NCBI GenBank assembly: GCA_001785675.1
Contig: MFUJ01000013.1
Coordinates: forward strand, 1 to 52,768
DNA: 52,768 nucleotides
Direction: 5' to 3'
DNA from: Candidatus Nomurabacteria bacterium RIFCSPHIGHO2_12_FULL_37_29
GTDB taxonomy: Bacteria > Patescibacteriota > Minisyncoccia > Phycocordibacterales > UBA9973
Positions 44,635-52,303 of the stretch are shown piece by piece (the first letter of the stretch is position 1; each line of letters starts with the position of its first letter). Below the pieces are notes generated by a model. It was not told the DNA's origin. It worked only from the letters and a program-made list of their open reading frames with translations, and did no database searches. Position numbers and translations under genes: made by a program.

Positions 44635-45363
44635 TTATCTCCACTTATTTTTATATTTATCAACTTTATTGGCAGGAAAATCTGACGGAATAAAATCTTC
44701 GGCAGAAGAATGTTCTACCTGAGTTGTCTCCGGTCTAATAAAATAAATTCTCCTGTTTTCATTATCATAACCAACGGTATCTCTTAACATAGAAATCTTT
44801 GGACCATTTATTACCATAGGTTCAAATCCAAGATTTTCTTGTACTTCTTTCCCAAGTAATTTAATTGAATCTATATACACATTTTCTATACTAATATCAT
44901 TAACTTCACCTCCGACAATAACAGCATCAATTGTGCCGTTTTTACATCTTTTTTTCATATCATTAAGTCGCTGTTTTAAATCACTCATGAATTTATCTCT
45001 AAGAGAAGGGACAAGCATATGTGGATCTTGATGAGTTAAGAAGGATATTTTTTGCCCATCTGGGGTAATGCCAGCAACAATCAGCCCAGTGCAACAATAA
45101 AACCCTCTTGATAACTTATTGAAAGTGTTTATTGGGGATATAATATATGTCCCAGGTCCAGCACCTAATGATCCTTCATATTCAGTGTGACCACGAAACC
45201 AATCTACGTTTTGTACATTGTTTAGTCCAAAATCATCATTAATGTGCGGAGCAGTCTTGAGGGAATTTTCAAAATCTTCCAGTGTACCTATGCAAGCAAA
45301 AATAGGATTTACTCCTTTTATTAACTGCTCTTTGGATTTAGAAATAGGGAGTTTTTCTCGCAT
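44635..45363 (-). CDS. Hypothetical protein, possible CheD-like deamidase-fold
   Basis: FYCCTGLIVAGITPDGQKISFLTHQDP and AVIVGGEV parallel CheD GSCVAV..D...G.AH..LP and AKI.GGA. Weak, pattern only. Confidence 0.4.
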   Translation of the reverse strand: MREKLPISKSKEQLIKGVNPIFACIGTLEDFENSLKTAPHINDDFGLNNVQNVDWFRGHTEYEGSLGAGPGTYIISPINTFNKLSRGFYCCTGLIVAGITPDGQKISFLTHQDPHMLVPSLRDKFMSDLKQRLNDMKKRCKNGTIDAVIVGGEVNDISIENVYIDSIKLLGKEVQENLGFEPMVINGPKISMLRDTVGYDNENRRIYFIRPETTQVEHSSAEDFIPSDFPANKVDKYKNKWR

Positions 45364-45378
45364 ATATAGATTATATCA
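45364..45378 (-). promoter_or_regulatory. Extended -10 box abutting the start of the 242-aa ORF (leaderless-type)
   Basis: TGATATAAT-CTATAT-ATG (6-nt spacer), immediately after the guaA stop. Confidence 0.5.
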
Positions 45379-45380
45379 AA

Positions 45381-46928
45381 TTACTCAAACTCTGTCGTAG
45401 CTGGAGGTTTCGGAGTGAAATCATAAAATACACGAACAATTTTCGGATGTTTGACGAGAGTACTGGTAATTTCTTCGCAAACTTCTGGTGATAGATAAAA
45501 ACCTTTTACGGTCATGAAATCTACCGTTTCGACAGTACGTACCACTATTGAATACCCATACACTCGCCCATCTCCTTTTACGCCAACAGTATTGACTCCA
45601 AGAAGCGCTACGATAGTTTGCGAAATTTTATTATATAATTTATGCTTTTTTAGAATTTTTTTCACTTCATCGTCTGCTTCGCGCACAATTTCCAATAATT
45701 CATTACTGACTGGAACCCCTATGATTCGTAAATACAATCCTGGTCCTGGAAAAGGCTGCCTACTAGCCACAAGCTCACCCAAACCAAACAATCGTGCCAA
45801 ATGCCTAACCTCAAATTTAAAAAGGTCCGACAAGGGCATTATTTCCTTAAGGCCTAAATCTAAATCCACATTATGGTGTGTCTTGATGAGCACTGATTTA
45901 CCTGTACTGCCAGATTCAATTAAATCTGTAGCGAGCGTACCTTGAATCATATGTGTCGCACCGTACGACTTTGCCACCTTTTTAAAAATTTCTCCATATA
46001 CAGTACGAAAATGCTTTCTTTTTTTTTCGGCGTCTATGCTCTGGCTGATTTTTTGTATAAATCTATTTTTGTATTGGTCTATTATTTCCAGGTTTATGTG
46101 CACGTTTTTCGTCATTTCCTTTATTTTCCTGATTTCGTCTTTTCTCATGCCACCTGTGTCTATAAGAAATGCTTTCAGCTTATCTCCCAAAGCTGGAGCA
46201 AGGATAGCAGCAAGCGTCGTGGAATCCACTCCTCCCGAAACACCGATTATCGCCGTGCCATTACCTAATATTTTTTTCGTATTTTCCCTTATTTCCTTTA
46301 TAACATCTTTTTGAAAAAAATCTTTTTTGCAATTACAAATCTTTTCAGCAAAATTATTCAAAATAATATTTTCATCCTCTGTTTGTTCAACTTCCGGATG
46401 AAATTGCACTGCATAAAGTTTTTTAGATAAACATTCTATTGCCTCAATTACCTTACCCTCCTTAGAAGTAGCAGTGACACGAAAACCTATTGGCACCCGC
46501 TTGACAGAATCCCCGTGAGAAGACCAAGCATTTATTTTTACTCTTAAGCCCTTAAAAAGGGGGCTTTTATTATTTAAACTAATTTCTACTGGCCCATATG
46601 ATTTACCATCACGCACTTTATGCACGGAATTATTGTCATTAATGTACGTGAGCCACTGCATGCCATAACAAACACCTAAAATTGGTATCCCAAAATTCAT
46701 TATCGCTTTTGGAATTATTGGCGCATCGGCGTCATAGACGCTTGCACTCCCGCCGGAGAGAATTATCCCCTTGGGCTTATTTTCCTCTATCCATTTAAGA
46801 GATTTTGCGGGCGAGAGAATGATTGAATGAAAACCCAAATAATGCAAAGACCGTCTGATAATTTGAGTATATTGAGAACCCAAATCAATGATCATTATTT
46901 GAATTTTTTTAGGTTTATTTTGTTTCAT
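45381..46928 (-). CDS. guaA: GMP synthase (glutamine-hydrolysing)
   Basis: GATase ILGVCYGMQ and QFHPE. ATP-PPase GVSGGVDSTT. C-terminal dimerisation domain ending TTEFE. Confidence 0.95.
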   Translation of the reverse strand: MKQNKPKKIQIMIIDLGSQYTQIIRRSLHYLGFHSIILSPAKSLKWIEENKPKGIILSGGSASVYDADAPIIPKAIMNFGIPILGVCYGMQWLTYINDNNSVHKVRDGKSYGPVEISLNNKSPLFKGLRVKINAWSSHGDSVKRVPIGFRVTATSKEGKVIEAIECLSKKLYAVQFHPEVEQTEDENIILNNFAEKICNCKKDFFQKDVIKEIRENTKKILGNGTAIIGVSGGVDSTTLAAILAPALGDKLKAFLIDTGGMRKDEIRKIKEMTKNVHINLEIIDQYKNRFIQKISQSIDAEKKRKHFRTVYGEIFKKVAKSYGATHMIQGTLATDLIESGSTGKSVLIKTHHNVDLDLGLKEIMPLSDLFKFEVRHLARLFGLGELVASRQPFPGPGLYLRIIGVPVSNELLEIVREADDEVKKILKKHKLYNKISQTIVALLGVNTVGVKGDGRVYGYSIVVRTVETVDFMTVKGFYLSPEVCEEITSTLVKHPKIVRVFYDFTPKPPATTEFE

Positions 46929-46951
46929 GATTATGTTATTTTATAACATTT

Positions 46952-48691
46952 TCAACTTCTCTCACCTATCTGCTGTCGCCACATTGCAGAATATAGACCC
47001 CTTACGTCAAGCAAAGATTGATGTGACCCAGATTCGACAATTTTTCCTTTTTCTAATACATATATAGTATCTGCATGCATAACGGTAGAAAGACGATGAG
47101 CAATGAGTACGGTAACATGGTTTTGTTCACTAAGCTCTCGGATAGTGGAGGTAATTTGCTCTTCGGTCAGAGAATCAAGCGATGAAGTTGCCTCATCAAA
47201 AACTAGAAGTTTTGGGTCTCGAAGCAGCGCTCGCGCAATAGACAGGCGTTGCTTCTCTCCTCCTGAAACTTTTACTCCGCCTTCGCCAATCACTGTATCA
47301 AGCCCTTCTGTTGCTCTTTGTATTAGGCTATTAGATGCGGACTTTTTAAGCGCTAGTAATATCTGCTCATCTGTGGCTTTGGGATTGGCAAATTTTAAAT
47401 TATCGCGAATTGTACCGGCAAACAATTGAGTATCTTGCGTTACTAGTCCTATTTGACTGCGGATTTTTTCTAAGTCTGCTTCGGTTATGTTTATATCATT
47501 ATACAAAACTCTTCCAGTTTTAGGTTTATATAATCCTACTAATAATTTAACTAGCGTAGTTTTACCGCTGCCCGAAGGTCCGACAAAGGCGATAGTCTCT
47601 CCGCTCTTCCCGATAAAGCTCATATCATCAAGGGCATTACGATTGGCGGTCGGATGCTGAAAAGAAACAGAATCAAAGGCAATTTTATTAAGACGACCAA
47701 TGGTTTTAGGATTTTTGGGTACTGGTTCTTTTTCCGTATGTAAAATTTTCCTAAAATTCTCTAAGCTTGCCTCTGCTTCGCGGTAAGAGTTAACTGTATT
47801 ACCTAATTCTTGAAGCGGGTTAAATAAAAAGAAAGAATAAATCCACAATGAAAAAAATTCACCTAAGGTCACCACGCGGGTAAACACCAAATACATCATG
47901 ACAAAAAGAATCACAGTGCGTAAAAAATTAATTGCTGTACCCTGTAGAAAACTTAAAGCGCGCAAATATTTAACTTTTTCCAATTCTAATTTTAAAATAT
48001 CATTGGTGGTATCATTAAGACGTTTGATTTCCGAATCTGAAAGCCCTAAAGATTTGACCAGTTCGATGTTTCGTAAAGACTCCGTTGTGGATCCCGCTAG
48101 AGCTGTAGTCTGTGCCACAATTTTTATTTGTACAACCTTAATTTTTTTACTTAAAAAAGCCGAGAGCAATCCCAAAATGGGCACCATTGCCAAATAAACC
48201 ACCGCAATTACGGAACTTACAGAAAAAGCGTAAATAATTACAAAAACAAAACCAATTAATGTGGTAAAAACAACATTAATTAAAGAGGTGATGAGAACTT
48301 GGGTATCCAACCTCACCCGTTGAAGTTTTTCTAAAGTTTCTCCGCTCCTCTGATCTTCAAAAACCTGATAAGGCAATTTTAAACTGTGGGCTAACCCGTC
48401 AGTATACATTTTAGCTCCTAATTTTTGGGTAATGGTATTAACATAAAAATCCTGAAAATTTTTAGCAATACGCGAAACTAAGTTAGTACCCATGGATAAG
48501 AGAAGCAGTATTGTAACGCCTGTAAAAAATTCAGATTTAGATAATTGCTCAAATTTGGTAGCAAAGTCATCTAAAATAAGCCGAAAAATGTAAGGATCCA
48601 GCAAGGAAAAAATTTGATTTATCGCCGCCAAAACCAGAGCCAAAATCAAAAGCCTCCAATACTTCTTTAAGTAATTAAAAAAAATCCGCAT
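46952..48691 (-). CDS. ABC exporter, fused permease/ATPase (MsbA/multidrug type)
   Basis: Six N-terminal TM helices. Walker A GPSGSGKTT, signature VSGGEKQR and Walker B LLVFDEATS. Confidence 0.9.
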   Translation of the reverse strand: MRIFFNYLKKYWRLLILALVLAAINQIFSLLDPYIFRLILDDFATKFEQLSKSEFFTGVTILLLLSMGTNLVSRIAKNFQDFYVNTITQKLGAKMYTDGLAHSLKLPYQVFEDQRSGETLEKLQRVRLDTQVLITSLINVVFTTLIGFVFVIIYAFSVSSVIAVVYLAMVPILGLLSAFLSKKIKVVQIKIVAQTTALAGSTTESLRNIELVKSLGLSDSEIKRLNDTTNDILKLELEKVKYLRALSFLQGTAINFLRTVILFVMMYLVFTRVVTLGEFFSLWIYSFFLFNPLQELGNTVNSYREAEASLENFRKILHTEKEPVPKNPKTIGRLNKIAFDSVSFQHPTANRNALDDMSFIGKSGETIAFVGPSGSGKTTLVKLLVGLYKPKTGRVLYNDINITEADLEKIRSQIGLVTQDTQLFAGTIRDNLKFANPKATDEQILLALKKSASNSLIQRATEGLDTVIGEGGVKVSGGEKQRLSIARALLRDPKLLVFDEATSSLDSLTEEQITSTIRELSEQNHVTVLIAHRLSTVMHADTIYVLEKGKIVESGSHQSLLDVRGLYSAMWRQQIGERS

Positions 48692-48694
48692 GAA

Positions 48695-49306
48695 CTAGTT
48701 TAATGTAACACTATTTATTACTATTGAATCAACTGGCCTATCTCCAGGTCCCGTCGGCGTATTTTCTATTTGTGTTACAACATCCTGACCGGCAATAACT
48801 CTACCAAATATGGTGTATTTAGGTGGTAAAGGATAGTCCGTAGCCATTATAAAAAACTGACTGCCATTTGTATTAGGACCGCTGTTAGCCATAGCCACTA
48901 TACCCTTTATATAACCTCCTTGCGAATATAGCGTCGATTGCAGATTTATTTCATCGGCAAATTTATATCCCGGATCGCCAGTGCCCCAAAGATCCGCCTT
49001 GGTATCATCCTTTGTTAGAGGATCACCACCTTGAATCATGAAACCTTTTATTACCCGATGAAATTTAATTCCATCGTAAAAATGTTCCCTGGCAAGCTTA
49101 GTAAAATTCTCCACCGTCTTAGGAGCTTGATCTTTAAAAAATTCAATAGTGATATCTCCTTTATTTGTATGTAATATTGCATTCATGGTTTTTGCTTGAT
49201 TATTTGAATTAATAAATATCTCTTCCTTATTTTTGTCGCGTGTAGAAAACCAAATACCCAGAACAATTATAACTACTACAATTAAAATACTTATATATTT
49301 ATTCAT
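48695..49306 (-). CDS. Membrane-anchored cyclophilin-type peptidyl-prolyl isomerase
   Basis: N-terminal TM helix. FHRVIKGFMIQGGDP and MANSGPNTNGSQFFI. Confidence 0.9.
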   Translation of the reverse strand: MNKYISILIVVVIIVLGIWFSTRDKNKEEIFINSNNQAKTMNAILHTNKGDITIEFFKDQAPKTVENFTKLAREHFYDGIKFHRVIKGFMIQGGDPLTKDDTKADLWGTGDPGYKFADEINLQSTLYSQGGYIKGIVAMANSGPNTNGSQFFIMATDYPLPPKYTIFGRVIAGQDVVTQIENTPTGPGDRPVDSIVINSVTLN

Positions 49307-49835
49307 CTTTATAATAACGAACTACTAATAAAAGAGTAACCAGAGCAAAGAAACTCGTAAGCGAAAGCATGGGGATAGAGATGTATCCGCCGAATTCATT
49401 TACCAGTTGTTGAGCACAAGAAACTCCAGACGCATCGCAAGGTGCCGAGCTTGGATTGAAATAATACAGATAATTCAAGTAAAGGACGTCGAGAACGCCA
49501 ATAAAAAGGAGCGGCGCAGAATACCAAAACACATTTTTATCTTTCCGCAACCATGCTACACCGAAAAGAAAAACCTGAGGAAATAAAAATATTCTTTGCA
49601 CCCAGCAATGAAAACATGGAGCATAATTTAGCACTTCGGAGTAAAAAAGAGAAAACAGCACAGGTATAAATGAAAGAAAAAATCCAAAAATTATAAACTT
49701 CTCTTTGATAAAAGAAAGATACTTGTTCTCTTTTGGACCCCAAAAAAGCAAAAACAGAGTTGAAATAGAAAAAATCTGTAAAGCTACAGCACCAATTCCT
49801 AAAAATAAATTAAAGTAATGCACAGAGTTTGACAT
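49299..49835 (-). CDS. DsbB/BdbC-like disulfide bond formation membrane protein
   Basis: Four TM helices. CFHCW (CxxC) in loop 1 and a second Cys pair CDASGVSC. Confidence 0.7.
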   Translation of the reverse strand: MSNSVHYFNLFLGIGAVALQIFSISTLFLLFWGPKENKYLSFIKEKFIIFGFFLSFIPVLFSLFYSEVLNYAPCFHCWVQRIFLFPQVFLFGVAWLRKDKNVFWYSAPLLFIGVLDVLYLNYLYYFNPSSAPCDASGVSCAQQLVNEFGGYISIPMLSLTSFFALVTLLLVVRYYKDE

Positions 49836-49838
49836 AGA

Positions 49839-50228
49839 TTATTTGGGTAACTCGCAAGCAGTCTTCTCAACCAATTGAGCAAGAGATATTTCTCCATCTA
49901 AGCGAGTTCCATCGGCAAATTCCCATGTCGGATAACCAGTAATTTTTTTATCTATGCAAATTTTTGTCTGAGCACCACCATCAGCGGTAGAGCATTCCAC
50001 ATAAGGTAGAAACTTAGCTGATGAACCGAAGATTTTTTTCTGCGCTTGGCAGTGCGGACACCAAAAAGCCCCATAAAAAGTAGCGCCCTTGTCTTTGAGA
50101 CATGTTACGAATTCGTCATACTTACCAGGACCCGTAGACTCCTCACTCCCCGACCTGACTAGAATAGTGCTTATTACCCCTAAAATCAAAAGACCGATTA
50201 TGAGAAAGAAAATTTTCACGTTCGTCAT
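49839..50228 (-). CDS. Membrane-anchored thioredoxin-fold oxidoreductase (DsbA/VKOR-partner-like)
   Basis: N-terminal TM helix and the FWCPHCQAQKK CxxC motif. Confidence 0.75.
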   Translation of the reverse strand: MTNVKIFFLIIGLLILGVISTILVRSGSEESTGPGKYDEFVTCLKDKGATFYGAFWCPHCQAQKKIFGSSAKFLPYVECSTADGGAQTKICIDKKITGYPTWEFADGTRLDGEISLAQLVEKTACELPK

Positions 50229-50243
50229 GATGATATTCTATCA
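50229..50243 (-). promoter_or_regulatory. Extended -10 box abutting the thioredoxin-fold gene start (leaderless-type)
   Basis: TGATAGAAT-ATCATC-ATG (6-nt spacer). Confidence 0.5.
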
Positions 50244-50341
50244 ATTTTTTTAAAATAGGGCAAGTCGGTACATGTTGAATATCATTCCGCATAATAATAC
50301 GCCAGTATTCTATAATTATACCTGTCAATGGCAGAAAATAT

Positions 50342-50722
50342 CTACACAAAATAAGGCAAAAAAACAATAGACCCGATGATGAAGGCCACGAATACGGACA
50401 ATAACACAGCTGCGGCAGCCACATCTTTTGTGTCCCGAGCATAAGGATGGTACTGGGGAGAAGTTAGGTCTATGTCTATCTCAATGGCTGTGTTAAATAC
50501 TTCGGCAACTATCACAAAGCCTATACAGAAAATAATGGCAATCCATTCAAAACTTAAAATACTAAAGTAAAACCCCAAAGCTATTGCCCCCAAAGCCCCG
50601 ACTAGGTGTATCACTAAATATCTAGTTGTCGCACCAAAGACGTAAAGACCTCTAAATGCATTCAAGAATTTTTGACTAGCCTTTACTTCACGCCAAGCTT
50701 TTTTCTCTTTCAAAGACTCCAT
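50342..50722 (-). CDS. dgkA: Diacylglycerol/undecaprenol kinase (DgkA family)
   Basis: Three TM helices and AEVFNTAIEIDIDL (E.xNTAIE motif). Confidence 0.85.
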   Translation of the reverse strand: MESLKEKKAWREVKASQKFLNAFRGLYVFGATTRYLVIHLVGALGAIALGFYFSILSFEWIAIIFCIGFVIVAEVFNTAIEIDIDLTSPQYHPYARDTKDVAAAAVLLSVFVAFIIGSIVFLPYFV

Positions 50723-50735
50723 TTTTTACTTTATA
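50723..50735 (-). promoter_or_regulatory. -10 box abutting the dgkA start (leaderless-type)
   Basis: TATAAA-GTAAAAA-ATG (7-nt spacer). Confidence 0.4.
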
Positions 50736-50790
50736 ATTTAATAAATTTTCTACTTTTAGTATTCCTTTCATTCTTCTATAAACCCAGTGT

Positions 50791-51009
50791 TTATTTATAT
50801 GGCGCATCGTCTGGTCCATAATACTCACGATCTGCAGCAAGAAAAGTCTCTTGTTCTGGTGTAAGAGTGCCGTGATTCTCTCGCGTTTCCCTAATGCTCC
50901 TTAACAACTCTACTCTTTCTTCGAAAGAATACTTCATATAAGGTTTTGGACCTTGTGAATTCTTTGTAGCTTGGTCAAAATTAAGATTAGGTTTTTTTGA
51001 TTCTAGCAT
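50791..51009 (-). CDS. Hypothetical protein (72 aa after start revision)
   Basis: ORF only. The first ATG (51018) overlaps the -10 hexamer, so the ATG at 51009 (MLESKKPNL) is preferred. Confidence 0.4.
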   Translation of the reverse strand: MLESKKPNLNFDQATKNSQGPKPYMKYSFEERVELLRSIRETRENHGTLTPEQETFLAADREYYGPDDAPYK

Positions 51010-51025
51010 ATCTCTCATTATACCA
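51010..51025 (-). promoter_or_regulatory. Extended -10 box abutting the start of the 72-aa ORF (leaderless-type)
   Basis: TGGTATAAT-GAGAGAT-ATG (7-nt spacer). Confidence 0.45.
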
Positions 51026-51057
51026 CTAAATAATATAAGGACTATGGTATGTGGATA

Positions 51058-52173
51058 TTATTGATACTGTATATAAATTGGTTGGGGTTGCAGTTTCAAC
51101 AGGTCAGATGGAGTCATTAGAACAGTACTCTGTTCTAATGTATCATTTTTGTAAAATAATTTAAAGCCAGTGAACTGCACGGGCTCAGGATAAATAAAAT
51201 TTTTATAAGTGCCAATTTTCTTTGCCGCCCCGCCCCAGCCATCCATATTCATAACTATTTCCACTTCCGGCAACGGTTTAATTTCTTTGTAATTTGTTAC
51301 CATCTTTTGCGTATAACGATGCACGACAAGAACTTTTGGGGGAAGATTGTTTTCTCTTACAATTTTAGCCAAATAATTCGCCGCAAAATTTATATCCGTG
51401 GCATCAAGCGTCCCCACCACCTTTCCTGGCCTAATGCCTGTCTTCATAGAAAATTCAGGATCAACACCTAAATGCACATTGGGCAATTTGAAATATTTTT
51501 CAAAAAAAGGAACTTCCGTTTGTAAATCAGAAAATCCAACCTGAATGTCTAAGAAAACCAGCGCGTTTATTTTGAGAGCCATCGCTAGTACTTTGTCTAT
51601 TTCAGAATCCGGCATGCGAAAACGATATTTGCCATCTTTCCCTGGAGAGCCTTGCGCTACGACGGCAACGTAATGTAATGCTGGGATAACGAGAGTATTG
51701 GGGTCTGCCTCTGTCCACTTCTTTACTTCAATATCTAATTTGGCCAACATTTCATCTGGAGGATATTCACCAAGAACTCCCATCTTTTTTGAATACAAAT
51801 TGCCATAATAGGCAACAATGCGACTAAATGGCAAAATTGCGCCAGCACTTGGATAGACAGTTTTTATAGGCCAGATATTGGGTGAAGCTGGTTTCTGTTC
51901 TATTGTCACGGTTGTTTCTTTTCCAGTTTTTAGATCTTTTACTATTTTAGTAGTTGGCTTTTGAGGTAATGGATTGTTGGCTAATTCATTTATTTTTTTA
52001 TCATACGCCACAGTATCGAGCAATGGAAGAGTGAGTTTTGGTATTTTTTTTATGGGTTTAACTATTTCATCACTTTTGACATAAAATGTTTCATTGCTAA
52101 AAAATTCCGAAAATAAAAAAGCAAATAATAAAGTGGTTAAAATCAAAAAAAGCCAAGTTAATTTTTTTTTCAT
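51058..52173 (-). CDS. Hypothetical secreted/anchored protein (371 aa)
   Basis: N-terminal MKKKLTWLFLILTTLLFAFLF signal/anchor. No confident family. Alternating beta-alpha character is possibly TIM-barrel-like. Confidence 0.55.
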   Translation of the reverse strand: MKKKLTWLFLILTTLLFAFLFSEFFSNETFYVKSDEIVKPIKKIPKLTLPLLDTVAYDKKINELANNPLPQKPTTKIVKDLKTGKETTVTIEQKPASPNIWPIKTVYPSAGAILPFSRIVAYYGNLYSKKMGVLGEYPPDEMLAKLDIEVKKWTEADPNTLVIPALHYVAVVAQGSPGKDGKYRFRMPDSEIDKVLAMALKINALVFLDIQVGFSDLQTEVPFFEKYFKLPNVHLGVDPEFSMKTGIRPGKVVGTLDATDINFAANYLAKIVRENNLPPKVLVVHRYTQKMVTNYKEIKPLPEVEIVMNMDGWGGAAKKIGTYKNFIYPEPVQFTGFKLFYKNDTLEQSTVLMTPSDLLKLQPQPIYIQYQ

Positions 52174-52175
52174 TG

Positions 52176-52246
52176 CTGCGGGTCAGGGACTCGAACCCCA
52201 ATACCATCCTCCAGAGGGATGTGTCCTACCATTAGACGAACCCGCA
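52176..52246 (-). tRNA. tRNA-Gln (anticodon CUG), CCA not encoded
   Basis: Hand fold of the reverse complement TGCGGGT-TC-GTCT-AATGGTA-GGAC-A-CATCC-CTCTGGA-GGATG-GTAT-TGGGG-TTCGAGT-CCCTG-ACCCGCA-G. The acceptor stem is 7 bp with U1-A72 and G73 (typical bacterial tRNA-Gln features). T-loop is TTCGAGT and the anticodon loop is CT-CTG-GA. Confidence 0.85.
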
Positions 52247-52303
52247 AAGACTCATCCAATTACGATAATACAAAAAAAAAATTTAATCAAATATTCTATA
52301 GAT

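Noticed and set aside
50143-50442. A 99-aa minus-strand ORF spanning the thioredoxin-gene / dgkA spacer.
   Set aside because: It overlaps both well-supported neighbours out of frame, and it contains the leaderless promoter of the thioredoxin-fold gene.
51016-51018. The first ATG of the 75-aa ORF taken as its start.
   Set aside because: This ATG overlaps the last bases of the TGGTATAAT hexamer, so a transcript from that promoter would begin downstream of it. The ATG at 51009 has the standard 7-nt spacing.
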